Source: an uncultured Dehalococcoidia bacterium (GTDB lineage: Bacteria; Chloroflexota; Dehalococcoidia; Lucifugimonadales; JADFKI01). From it: a stretch of 64,000 nt of DNA. The stretch lies in the NCBI GenBank assembly GCA_964595285.1, contig CAZQPS010000042.1, positions 2,030-66,029 of the forward strand, given 5' to 3'. Position 1 is the first letter of the stretch; each line of letters opens with the position of its first letter. Of this stretch, positions 45,339 through 54,982 are shown piece by piece. Position numbers and translations under genes: made by a program. Under the pieces are notes generated by a model. It worked only from the letters and a program-made list of their open reading frames with translations. It was not told the origin of the DNA and did not search any database.

Positions 45339-47900
45339 ATGTTGGAGGGGGAAGGCTTACAGACTGGATCTGATTTTCGTACACAGGAAAATGCTTCTGT
45401 TTCAGAGATACTGGATGCTATGGAGAAAGATTTGACGGAGAAACTATCACAGAACCAATTGTCGTTGCTATCTGACAGGCTGTCAAATAAAGCAATAACC
45501 GCCGTGGGTAAAGAAAACGAGGACTCCCCTTTAAGCGATGTAATGTCCAAAGGGGATGTTAGTTTAAAAGGCAAATTACCAATTAGAAATAAGAATATTG
45601 CACTTTCTAAGAATGCAGAAGTTATTCTCGCTCAGAGATACTTCATGAAGGATGATGAAGGACAGCCTATAGAGGATCCTAGGAAATTGTTCAGTCGGGT
45701 TTCGAAAGCCGTGGCTAAGGGAGAAAAGTCGCCGGTAAGGAAAGAATGGGAAGTTAGATTCTATAATCTTATGACATCATTAAAATTTCTTCCCAATTCG
45801 CCGACACTGGTCAATGCAGGGACTGCCGGCCGAGGATGTTTGTCGGCCTGTTTTGTTGTTTCACCAGAAGATGATATGGCGTCCATAATGAAGGTGGCCA
45901 GTGATGCGGCTATGATAGAAAAGTGGGGTGGAGGGATAGGATTTGGCTTCTCGCGACTGCGTCCCCGAAACGATCGTATAGCGACTACTCATGGGGAAGC
46001 CTGCGGTCCGGTTTCGGTGATGAAATTGTACTCCGCGGTCGGATCCACTCTTACGCAGGGGTCCTTCCGGCTAGGCGCACATATGGGCCAACTGCATATA
46101 AGTCATCCTGATATTAGAGAATTCATTCATTGTAAAGATCAAGATGATACATTACAGAATTTTAATATCTCGGTTCAGATTTCAGACGCGTTCATGGACG
46201 CGGTTTATAATGATGATAGTTGGGACTTGATAAACCCAAGAAATTCTGGCGATGGTCCTGTCAACGAAGTCGTTGAAACGGTATCCGCACGGGATCTCTG
46301 GAACGAAATATGTGAGTCTGCCCATAAAACAGGAGACCCAGGGGTAGTTTTCATGGATAGAGTTCTGGAAACCCAGCCCAATCCGCAGATGGGTGATATT
46401 CAGACATCTAATCCCTGTGGGGAGGAATTTTTAGAGAATTATGGAAATTGTTGCTTAGGGTCAATCAATTTAGATAAGCATATTCTACCGGATGGGTTTG
46501 ATTGGGAAAACCTTGAAGACACTGTTCGTGTGGCTGTCCGCTTTTTAGACGATGTTATTGAGGTAAACCAATTCCCGCTTCCAAAACTTCGGGAAGTTAA
46601 TTTGGATACGCGGCGGATTGGTTTAGGTATTATGGGATGGGCGGATGCGCTAATTAGGCTGGGGTTACCGTATGATTCTTCGGAGGCCTTGGCGCTTGCC
46701 GATGAGGTAGGGAAATTTATTTATGATACTGCTTGGGATGAGTCGGCTAATCTGGCGGAAGAACGAGGTCCGTTTCCCCAATATGAGGATTCAGCCCTAA
46801 AAGCAAAAGGGATGCCGCCGGTTAGGAATGCGAGTGTTGTAACAATAGCACCTACAGGGACGATTAGTCGTCTGGCTGATTGCTCGTCAGGCATTGAGCC
46901 ACATTTTGCTAACGCTTGGTGGTCAAATGTGCTTTGGAAAGACCATGAAGGTACCAGTGAGCGACTTTTGGATGCCCCAAAGTCTGTATGGGAAATATTG
47001 AGGGATAGCTTGGGCAATGAGGAAGAAGTACGGGATGTTCTTGGGAAAATTGCTGATAACCCTGATGATGCAGAGGATATTTTTAGTCGATACGGGCTAA
47101 ATGCAGCCCTCTTTAGGACTTCGATGCTTATTGGAGCTGATGCACATGTCAAAATGCAGGCGACTTGGCAAAAACATGTGACTAATTCTGTTTCAAAGAC
47201 GATAAACTTGCCAAATAAAGCGACACTTGATGATGTAAAAGAGGCGTACAGGCTAGCCTGGGAAACGAAATGTAAAGCGGTGACAGTATACAGGGATGGG
47301 TCCAAGTCTATGCAGGTTTTAGAGACAGGTAAAGATGGAGCTAAAGATCTGCCTTCTGAAGAAGACCTTTTGTTTCCAAGGACTAGACCTGATGTGGTAC
47401 GAGGCGTAACAGAGCGGGTACGGACTGGTCATGGAACTATGTTTGTTACCGTTAATTTTGACGGATACGGGAAACCGTTTGAGTTATTTACAACGATTGG
47501 TAAAGCCGGAGGTAGCGAGCCAGCTCATTTGGAAGGCTTGTCTCGTATGGTATCTTTGGGACTACGCTCAGGGATAGCCCCTGAGGAAATCATTGATCAA
47601 CTGAGCGGGATCACATCGGAACCTGTTTGGGATAATGGAGTCTTGATACGGTCTGCTGAGGATGGACTTGCTCATGTGATAAGTAGGCATATTGAAGGAT
47701 TGGCTCCGTTAACCCGTGGAAATAACGACGAAAGTGGCGCACAATTGGGCTTATTTGCCGCTAGATCCCCAAAGAATGATAAAGAAGATTTGCAACAAGA
47801 GGCCAAGAGTGAATCTATTTGCATTAAATGTTCGGGACGACTTGTATATCAGGAAGGCTGTAGCCATTGCTTAGAGTGTGGCTACACCAAATGTGAATAA
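45339..47900 (+). CDS. nrdJ: Adenosylcobalamin-dependent (class II) ribonucleotide reductase
   Basis: Motifs seen are LPNSPTLVNAG, the active-site loop SNPCGEEFLENYGNCCLGSINL, ISKTINLP-type SVSKTINLP and a C-terminal CxxC...CxxC finger. The ATG at 45339 lies 5 nt after AGGAGAG. Confidence 0.92.
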   Translation: MLEGEGLQTGSDFRTQENASVSEILDAMEKDLTEKLSQNQLSLLSDRLSNKAITAVGKENEDSPLSDVMSKGDVSLKGKLPIRNKNIALSKNAEVILAQRYFMKDDEGQPIEDPRKLFSRVSKAVAKGEKSPVRKEWEVRFYNLMTSLKFLPNSPTLVNAGTAGRGCLSACFVVSPEDDMASIMKVASDAAMIEKWGGGIGFGFSRLRPRNDRIATTHGEACGPVSVMKLYSAVGSTLTQGSFRLGAHMGQLHISHPDIREFIHCKDQDDTLQNFNISVQISDAFMDAVYNDDSWDLINPRNSGDGPVNEVVETVSARDLWNEICESAHKTGDPGVVFMDRVLETQPNPQMGDIQTSNPCGEEFLENYGNCCLGSINLDKHILPDGFDWENLEDTVRVAVRFLDDVIEVNQFPLPKLREVNLDTRRIGLGIMGWADALIRLGLPYDSSEALALADEVGKFIYDTAWDESANLAEERGPFPQYEDSALKAKGMPPVRNASVVTIAPTGTISRLADCSSGIEPHFANAWWSNVLWKDHEGTSERLLDAPKSVWEILRDSLGNEEEVRDVLGKIADNPDDAEDIFSRYGLNAALFRTSMLIGADAHVKMQATWQKHVTNSVSKTINLPNKATLDDVKEAYRLAWETKCKAVTVYRDGSKSMQVLETGKDGAKDLPSEEDLLFPRTRPDVVRGVTERVRTGHGTMFVTVNFDGYGKPFELFTTIGKAGGSEPAHLEGLSRMVSLGLRSGIAPEEIIDQLSGITSEPVWDNGVLIRSAEDGLAHVISRHIEGLAPLTRGNNDESGAQLGLFAARSPKNDKEDLQQEAKSESICIKCSGRLVYQEGCSHCLECGYTKCE

Positions 47901-48167
47901 CTCTTAACTATATAACATATCTACATTTGTTCAAACACTTAAGGTGTACCTGCTGGTATAGGTCTTTCGCCGTTTGTACTTTGGGGTATATCTGGTGACG
48001 AGTAGACTCATCCTCATACTTCTTGTTTATAAATGACGTGATCTTATACATATGCCCCGGGAGGTTGTTAGCAAAAGTATAAAGTTCGCGACATATATGC
48101 GTATAATAAAAGAGTTCCATTGTTTGGCAGTAAAAGGATCTTAATCCTAACTGATGTGGAGGTAGTC

Positions 48168-49175
48168 ATGAAGAACGCCAAACCCCTTCTTGGTATCACT
48201 ATGGGTGATGCTGCTGGTATTGGTCCAGAAGTCATCGCGAAGGCTCTGAAAGATCGCTGGGTATATGAGAATGTGAGACCATTTGTGATAGGTAATAGTT
48301 CAGCGATGGTTAGTGCAATTGAACTGGCAGGAGGATCTGGAGCTACTAATTTAATACATGATGTAGAAGATGCCAAAGGTTCTCATGGCATTATAGATGT
48401 TCTAGACATGGGGAATCTTGATTACAGTGTGATACAGCCTGGGGTTATTTCTGCAGAATGTGGCAGAGCGTCGGTAGAGTGGATACTGCGGGCTGGCGAA
48501 CTGGCTGCAGCCGGTGTAATCCAAGCAATTGCAACTGCACCTATAAATAAAGAGGCCTGTAAGTCTGCTGGGTATACAGATATTGGACACATGGAAATCT
48601 TTCAAAGACAAACTGGATCTGATCAAGTCGCTACTATGCTTACTGCTAGACACTTGAGAGTAGTTCATTTGACTACTCATAGATCTTTGCGTGTGGCGTG
48701 TGACTACGTGACTAAAGATAATATTCTTGCAAAAATTGAATTGACTCATAGGAGCTTCCGGGAGTGGGGGTTTGATAATCCTAGGATTGGGGTTGCTGCG
48801 CTAAATCCCCATGCAAGTGATGGGGGGCTTATCGGAGATGAAGAGGATGTGCATATAAGGCCAGCTGTTGAGTCAGCCTGTTTATTGGGAATAGATGCTA
48901 CGGGGCCTGTGCCTTCAGATAGTCTTTTCCCACAGGCTATCGATGGGAAATATGATGTGGTGTTGGCTATGTATCATGACCAAGGCCATATCCCTATAAA
49001 AGTGTATGATTTTGCAAGAAGCATTAGCATTAATTTAGGGCTTCCTTTTATTCGAACATCGGTTGACCATGGCACAGCCTTTGATATTGCAGGAAAAGGA
49101 TCCGCCGATTCGGAGAGTATGCTGGAATGTATCAAAGTAGCTGTTTCTCTGGCGAGCGAGAGTAGGCTACCTTAG
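48168..49175 (+). CDS. pdxA: PdxA-family 4-hydroxythreonine-4-phosphate dehydrogenase
   Basis: Motifs seen are LLGITMGDAAGIGPE, MYHDQGHIP and VDHGTAFDIAGKG. The ATG at 48168 follows GGAGG. Confidence 0.88.
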   Translation: MKNAKPLLGITMGDAAGIGPEVIAKALKDRWVYENVRPFVIGNSSAMVSAIELAGGSGATNLIHDVEDAKGSHGIIDVLDMGNLDYSVIQPGVISAECGRASVEWILRAGELAAAGVIQAIATAPINKEACKSAGYTDIGHMEIFQRQTGSDQVATMLTARHLRVVHLTTHRSLRVACDYVTKDNILAKIELTHRSFREWGFDNPRIGVAALNPHASDGGLIGDEEDVHIRPAVESACLLGIDATGPVPSDSLFPQAIDGKYDVVLAMYHDQGHIPIKVYDFARSISINLGLPFIRTSVDHGTAFDIAGKGSADSESMLECIKVAVSLASESRLP

Positions 49176-49235
49176 ACGTTAGAAAAGGTCCGTCATTCTC
49201 TAAATGGGTGAAGACCTAGGAAAGGGCAAAAGACT

Positions 49236-50036
49236 ATGGATATTGCGTTTATAGGCGGCGGAGTGATGGCAGAAGCGCTGATCGGGGGGATAATTAATGG
49301 CGGTATAGCATCTGGAGGGGAAGTTTTTGTCGGTGAGCCGATAAGCAATCGTCGTTCTTATTTGGAAAACACCTATGGATTAAGGGCTAGTAGTAACAAT
49401 TCGGAAGTGATTAATAAAGCAGAATTAATCATACTAGCAGTCAAACCACAGATAATAAGTGGAGTCATGGCGGATATAAAGGACATTATTCAAGGTAATC
49501 AAACCATACTCTCTATTGTAGCGGGAACTAACTCTAGGAGTTTAAGAGAGGGCTTGGATCATGATCTAGTTATCAGGGTAATGCCTAATACACCCGCTCA
49601 GATAGGCAAAGGTATGAGTGTGTGGACCGCTTCGGAAGATGTCTCGGATGAGATAAAAGAAATCACCGGTGCCATATTGAATACTTTGGGCGAAGAAATA
49701 TATGTTTCAGACGAAACATATATAGATATGTCTACGGCGCTGAGTGCTAGTGGCCCGGCCTATGTGTTTCTTTTCATTGAGGCCTTGATAGATGCAGGTA
49801 CTTATCTTGGCATGAATCGTGAGATGACGAGACAGCTTGTACTACAAACCGTGATGGGTAGTGCGGAACTTGTTAAGGAAAGCGGAAGACATCCAGCAGA
49901 ACTCAAAGATATGGTTACCTCTCCCGGAGGGACAACGATTGAAGCTATACGAGCCCTAGAAAGTGCGGGGTTTCGATCAGCCATATTCGATGGCGTTATT
50001 CAGGCATTCCAAAAATCTAAAGCCTTGGGAGGATAA
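49236..50036 (+). CDS. proC: Pyrroline-5-carboxylate reductase
   Basis: Motifs seen are IAFIGGGVMAEA, AVKPQ and MVTSPGGTTIEA. Confidence 0.92.
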   Translation: MDIAFIGGGVMAEALIGGIINGGIASGGEVFVGEPISNRRSYLENTYGLRASSNNSEVINKAELIILAVKPQIISGVMADIKDIIQGNQTILSIVAGTNSRSLREGLDHDLVIRVMPNTPAQIGKGMSVWTASEDVSDEIKEITGAILNTLGEEIYVSDETYIDMSTALSASGPAYVFLFIEALIDAGTYLGMNREMTRQLVLQTVMGSAELVKESGRHPAELKDMVTSPGGTTIEAIRALESAGFRSAIFDGVIQAFQKSKALGG

Positions 50037-50039
50037 TTA

Positions 50040-50303
50040 TTGAATATTTTCTTGTCGGAGTTTGTTCGCATATTGGGAACAGTCCTCTACGTTGCGATGC
50101 TTGGGCGAGTCATATTATCCTGGATTAATTTGGGTCCGAGAAATCCTGTTTCGGTCATTATTTATCAAGTAACGGAGCCAATTCTTCAGCCGATTCGTCG
50201 AGTGATGCCTAAGTTCGGCATGTTGGATTTCTCCCCCATGATCGCCATTGTACTTATAACATTTGTACAGAGAATACTTTACCGAGTGTTGGCAGGAAGC
50301 TAA
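50040..50303 (+). CDS. yggT: YggT-family membrane protein
   Basis: The 87-aa protein has two TM helices and the motif PIRRVMPKFGMLDFSP. Its position after proC is typical. Confidence 0.8.
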   Translation: MNIFLSEFVRILGTVLYVAMLGRVILSWINLGPRNPVSVIIYQVTEPILQPIRRVMPKFGMLDFSPMIAIVLITFVQRILYRVLAGS

Positions 50304-50450
50304 CTTTGGGAGAATGTTCATGTATTTGTGTTAATATGCCTGTTTTAAGGCTGGCTGGTGTTCATCGTGGGGCTCAATCGTCTGATTTAATTCCCTCTCG
50401 TAGAGAGGCAAGATCAGTTTGTATATGTTTGATTCGAATGATGTGCACAT

Positions 50451-51209
50451 TCAGGCATGAGCAAGAGCTCCGCCGTCCATGAAAATAGTTTGGCCAGTGA
50501 CAAAGTCGCAAGAATCAGACGATAGATAAACTAACAAAGCTGCAAGATCTCTTGGATGCCCCTTCCTTTTGGAAGGTAAATATCGTACTAGCAGTTCTCT
50601 TGCTGTTTCTTCCGTAGGTTCTTCTGTCGTAACCCAACCGGCGCCAATTCCATTCACTCGAATACCTTTTCTAGACCATTCAAGTGCGAGAGATTGAGTT
50701 ATTTGGTGTATAGCACCCTGGGCTGCACAGGCGGCAACGGAATTAGAAAGCCCACGAGCGGAAAGTCCGGAGCCTATGTTTACAATGCGCCCTTTTTCTT
50801 GTATAAGCATATGTTTGCCAGCTGCCTGAGAAAACAAATATACGCTTTTAACGTTGAAATCCATTATTGCTTGCCATTCAGACTCCGTTACGTCTTCAAA
50901 AGGTTTCCCGAACTCCACGCTAGCGTTGTTAATGAGTATGTCAAGTCCTCCAAGTAATTCCAGAGTGGTGTCAATGGACTTAGTGACTTCGTAACGGTCA
51001 GTTAAATTAGTTGGGATAGTGACGGCTGTTCCTCCAACCTTTTCAACTGCATTTTTTGCTTTGGCCATATCTTCATGACCTGCGCCTACGATAGCAACAT
51101 TTGCGCCGGCCTCAGCTAAGGCTTCGGCCAATGTTGGTGTCCACCCTCTATTGTCTGAGGTGATAATTGCGACTTTCCCAGTTAGATCCCATTCAATTGG
51201 TATAGGCAT
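50451..51209 (-). CDS. SDR-family oxidoreductase (variant cofactor motif)
   Basis: The protein shows KVAIITSDNRGW in place of TGxxxGIG, and NNAS. The length and C-terminal GQTIFMDGG fit the SDR family. Confidence 0.82.
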   Translation of the reverse strand: MPIPIEWDLTGKVAIITSDNRGWTPTLAEALAEAGANVAIVGAGHEDMAKAKNAVEKVGGTAVTIPTNLTDRYEVTKSIDTTLELLGGLDILINNASVEFGKPFEDVTESEWQAIMDFNVKSVYLFSQAAGKHMLIQEKGRIVNIGSGLSARGLSNSVAACAAQGAIHQITQSLALEWSRKGIRVNGIGAGWVTTEEPTEETARELLVRYLPSKRKGHPRDLAALLVYLSSDSCDFVTGQTIFMDGGALAHA

Positions 51210-51260
51210 TTTTCCCTCACGAGTCGATTTATTCCTGTCTTGCCGTAAAATCGATCCTTT

Positions 51261-52064
51261 TTAGATTTCCAATGGAATTTCAGGTGCATATCCTGTGGGC
51301 GCGAATCCGCCAGCTAATCCTCCGCCATCAATGACAAACATCTCTCCATTCAGGTAATCTGAAGCCTCTGAAGCTAAGAAGACGGCCAAGGGGCCCATTT
51401 CATGTGGATAGCCGACTCGACCTATTGGTATGAATTCTCCCCTGGGTAGAGTGTCATTTGATGCGGCTGTACCTTCCGTAGGTATGTATCCCGGGACTAT
51501 ACATGCGGATACTATGCCGTATCTACTCATACTGGTTGTTATGGTACGTGTTAGTTGAAGGATTCCTCCTTTGCCGCAAGTATACATATAATTGTCCCGT
51601 CCTCCCCGGAATCCGAAGCCTGATGACACATTAATTATTTTGCCTCCGCCACGATCAACCATATGTTTTGCTACTGCTCGTGTACAATAGAATGCCCCTG
51701 TGAGATTGGTATCTATGCCGAGGTGCCACTCGTCATCAGATATGTCCCATATAGGAATGGAGCCTTGCCCCCTTACGATTCCAGCATTGTTAAATAGTAC
51801 GTCAATCTTTCCAAATTGTGATAGTGCTTCTTCAATCAAATGATTAACCGACGATGAATTTGTTACATCGGTCGACACCGCCAACGCTTGTCTTCCTTCC
51901 TTCCGTATGAGATTAGCTGTTTCGTCAATAGGTTCTTGTCTCCTGGAAGCAACAATTACGTCTGCTCCGGCTCTAGCCATTGCTACAGACATCTCTCGTC
52001 CTAGTCCTGTTCCTCCACCAGTGATCACAACAGTTTTGTTTTCTAGGCTTAATTTTTCAAGCAT
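51261..52064 (-). CDS. SDR-family oxidoreductase
   Basis: Motifs seen are VVITGGGTGLG, NNAG, YTCGKGG (YxxxK) and FVIDGG. Confidence 0.88.
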   Translation of the reverse strand: MLEKLSLENKTVVITGGGTGLGREMSVAMARAGADVIVASRRQEPIDETANLIRKEGRQALAVSTDVTNSSSVNHLIEEALSQFGKIDVLFNNAGIVRGQGSIPIWDISDDEWHLGIDTNLTGAFYCTRAVAKHMVDRGGGKIINVSSGFGFRGGRDNYMYTCGKGGILQLTRTITTSMSRYGIVSACIVPGYIPTEGTAASNDTLPRGEFIPIGRVGYPHEMGPLAVFLASEASDYLNGEMFVIDGGGLAGGFAPTGYAPEIPLEI

Positions 52065-52132
52065 TTCTTGTCTCCTATTTTACCAATTCCAGAGTAGAAT
52101 ACTCTGGTCTGGGAAGTGTTCGACATGAGTTA

Positions 52133-52927
52133 TTAGATTTGCGAAGTTACTTCGCCTGCAGCAACTGTTATAGTTTCCCCAGACTTGGTCCTTAATTTCA
52201 AATTCCCAAAGTCATCCACATCCTCAGCCAAGCCATGAAGTATTCTATTCCCCCATGATAGCTGGATTTCTTTGCCTATTGTTTCCAGGTTCATTCTCCA
52301 TTCTGCGGTTAGAGATTTTCCAGATATAACTTTACTATAAAAAAAATCGATATTTTCTAAAAGGCAGCGGAACACTACCTGCCTACTATGCTTTTTACCC
52401 GTTTCGTAAAACAGACTGGTCGCTATTTTTTCTATTTCACTGTGTTCTGAAACATTTAAATTAACGTTTATGCCGATTCCAAGAACTGCGTAATGTAGCA
52501 TTTCGCTTTCCATAGCAGCTTCTATGAGAACACCTGCGATTTTTCGCCCTTTGGCCCTTACATCGTTGGGCCACTTTATAGTGATTTCTGGTACAGAAAA
52601 CTCTCTAACGGTTTTAGCTATTGCCAATGATGCTGCCATGTTCATGTAGGGCAATTGGCCTATGGTAGGCTTGAGCAAAACTGAAAAAGCCAAGTTTTCA
52701 TACTTAGGAGAAATCCATCTCCTATCAAAGCGTCCTCTTGCTGCAGTTTGTTCTTCCGCTAGGATTACCAACCCTTCGGTCTCTGTTGAATCGCCGAACT
52801 TTCGAGCTTCATCCATGGTCGAACTGAGCTGATCATAATGATATATGCGGTGACCAACTATCCTGTTTTGCAGAGCTGACTGAATGAAGCATGAATTGAT
52901 ATCATTTGTTGGGTTGCAGGCTTTCAT
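52133..52927 (-). CDS. birA: Biotin-[acetyl-CoA-carboxylase] ligase (group I, no HTH domain)
   Basis: Motifs seen are QTAARGRFDRRW (GRGRxGRxW-like) and KWPNDV. Confidence 0.88.
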   Translation of the reverse strand: MKACNPTNDINSCFIQSALQNRIVGHRIYHYDQLSSTMDEARKFGDSTETEGLVILAEEQTAARGRFDRRWISPKYENLAFSVLLKPTIGQLPYMNMAASLAIAKTVREFSVPEITIKWPNDVRAKGRKIAGVLIEAAMESEMLHYAVLGIGINVNLNVSEHSEIEKIATSLFYETGKKHSRQVVFRCLLENIDFFYSKVISGKSLTAEWRMNLETIGKEIQLSWGNRILHGLAEDVDDFGNLKLRTKSGETITVAAGEVTSQI

Positions 52928-53004
52928 AAGAGGGATGATACGAATGCCTCTTATTGGGTGTCAAGCGAGTCAATTGTCTGCCGAGGTCATTATCTAATGC
53001 CTTG

Positions 53005-53910
53005 TTATTTCTTGGCAACACGTACCTTGACGTCTCCTGCCCGTTCCTCTTGTAAAAGCATAGTAATCCGGGAATCTTTCTCAGACCAACCGCGATTAAT
53101 AGCTGAAATCATGTCTTGGTATACTAAATTTGCCAAATTCATAGGCACGTCATAGTCTCTACCTAATTCCAAAGCGAGACTAACATCCTTGCGGGCACCC
53201 TTTAAGGTAAATCTGGGTGGATCGAATTTTCCTTGGAGATATGTTTCTGGCAGACTGACTTTCAAAGTGAGCCCCCTGCCTACACTACCATTCATGATAG
53301 CTTCAAGTAAGGTGTCTGGCTCAACACCTGCCTTAACACCTACAGTGAGACATTCTGCTAGGATCGAATTGAATCCGTAGCCTATGCAATTATGCATTAG
53401 TTTACAGATACTACCCGAGCCTATACTTCCTGCATATGTTGGTCTGTCTCCAAATGTCTCAAGAATAGGCTTATATTTGTCGTAAATGGCTTTATCTCCT
53501 CCGACCATAATTGCTAGTTGTCCAGACAAGGCACCGCTTGGTCCGCCACTGACAGGAGCGTCTAATACATGTGAGCCTATTTTGGAGAATTCTGCGAATA
53601 TTTGTCGTATTAAGGAAGGAGAACTTGTGCTTAGGTCTATGTATGTACTCCCCGGTCCGATGCCTTCTATTATGCCTTTCTCTCCTAAAGAGACAGCGGC
53701 TACCTCAGTGGGTCCTGGCAGAGAGGTAAATACAACATCAGACAAGGCCGCTACTGTGGCAGGATCCTCTGCCCAGGTTGCTCCATTTTCAAGTAGTTCC
53801 GCCGCAGCGGCTTGGTTCAAATCATGGACTATGAGATTTTGTCCAGAACTAAGTATATTAGCGGCAATGCCGCTACCCATATTGCCTAGACCAATAAATC
53901 CTATGTTCAA
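53005..53910 (-). CDS. NAD(P)-dependent 3-hydroxyisobutyrate / tartronate-semialdehyde reductase family oxidoreductase
   Basis: Motifs seen are MNIGFIGLGNMGSGIA, DAPVSGG and the catalytic Lys context GSICKLMHN. Confidence 0.88.
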   Translation of the reverse strand: MNIGFIGLGNMGSGIAANILSSGQNLIVHDLNQAAAAELLENGATWAEDPATVAALSDVVFTSLPGPTEVAAVSLGEKGIIEGIGPGSTYIDLSTSSPSLIRQIFAEFSKIGSHVLDAPVSGGPSGALSGQLAIMVGGDKAIYDKYKPILETFGDRPTYAGSIGSGSICKLMHNCIGYGFNSILAECLTVGVKAGVEPDTLLEAIMNGSVGRGLTLKVSLPETYLQGKFDPPRFTLKGARKDVSLALELGRDYDVPMNLANLVYQDMISAINRGWSEKDSRITMLLQEERAGDVKVRVAKK

Positions 53911-54039
53911 TTTAGTCTCTCCTTTCAGGGGAATGCTAAAACTAGCTTCTCTTGGTTATGTGTAGGGCATGGCCACCAATTGTTGACATAGATTAGCGAG
54001 ATAGGGTTGCCATATTTGCGGTGGTTTTTCCATGACTTA

Positions 54040-54969
54040 TCAAAATTGCTCGCGATTGGCCCAAGCTTTAATAAGATGATGAGCAATTGCTATTTTGCCT
54101 GGGACAGTAAGGTTTTTACTTTCCCCTCTCAATGCTAAAAGGACTTCATCACGGTTGAACCATTGGACATCTGTCATTTCTTCATTGTCTATTTTAATGT
54201 TTGTAGAGTCTGCTTCTGCAATGCAACCTATCATCAGAGATGAAGGGAATGGCCATGGCTGAGAAGAATGATATTTCACATTTTTGACTTCTATACCAGC
54301 CTCTTCCATGACTTCTCGAGCGACAGCCTCTTCTATTGTTTCCCCTTGGTCCATGAAGCCGGCAAGAGCAGAATACATGTTCATTCGAGAAAGCCTTCCC
54401 CTCGATTGTCCAAGTAAACATCTGTCATTTTGTTTATCTGTTACCACCATAATCACGACAGGATCCGTTCTTGGGAACTGTTGCGCATTACATTTCGAAC
54501 ACTGGCGTACTTGTCCCCCGCGCTTTTTAATTGATTCTGTCCCACATATAGAGCAATACTGATTTCGTTTGTGCCAATCAATCTGAGCTCTAGCTTGAGC
54601 GATTATCCCTGCTTCGGGTCCACACACGATTTCTCCCGCTGCACGGCATTCTTCAAATTGAAACTGCCCCTCCCGTTTCACGAAGGAGGAAGTTTCTTCG
54701 TAATTAGGCACATCAACCACAAATCGGGTTTCCCCATCTAAAATCCCCAGAAAAATAGGATCAGGTACTTCGTATAATTGTTGTGCCATGTCTTGGCTGA
54801 CCCAAGCCAGTGCGGGATTGGGGTCAGTTGTGAGAAGTACGTTGAGGTTAGACATAATCAGAAACTTAGCTTGTCCATTCTCGCTTTGCTCTTTTATCCA
54901 AGTTTCGTTTCGTCTCTCTCGTTCACCGCGATCTATAGGGTTGTCTGAAAATATATGCGGGTCCTTCAC
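54040..54969 (-). CDS. nudC: NAD+ diphosphatase NudC
   Basis: The zinc ribbon is CSICG...CSKCNAQQFPR. The Nudix box is GFMDQGETIEEAVAREVMEEAGI, and SQPWPFPSS is present. The GTG at 54969 lies 7 nt after AGGAG and 13 nt after the upstream stop. Confidence 0.9.
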   Translation of the reverse strand: MKDPHIFSDNPIDRGERERRNETWIKEQSENGQAKFLIMSNLNVLLTTDPNPALAWVSQDMAQQLYEVPDPIFLGILDGETRFVVDVPNYEETSSFVKREGQFQFEECRAAGEIVCGPEAGIIAQARAQIDWHKRNQYCSICGTESIKKRGGQVRQCSKCNAQQFPRTDPVVIMVVTDKQNDRCLLGQSRGRLSRMNMYSALAGFMDQGETIEEAVAREVMEEAGIEVKNVKYHSSQPWPFPSSLMIGCIAEADSTNIKIDNEEMTDVQWFNRDEVLLALRGESKNLTVPGKIAIAHHLIKAWANREQF

Positions 54970-54982
54970 AATAGCACTCCTG

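Noticed and set aside
46721-47305. A 194-aa ORF antisense to nrdJ. Similar long antisense ORFs lie at 53486-53965, 55287-55766, 56316-56669, 35397-35816, 8676-9095, 18919-19356 and 26155-26595.
   Set aside because: All lie wholly inside well-supported genes on the other strand. They are shadow ORFs with low-complexity or odd composition, with no motifs and no SD.
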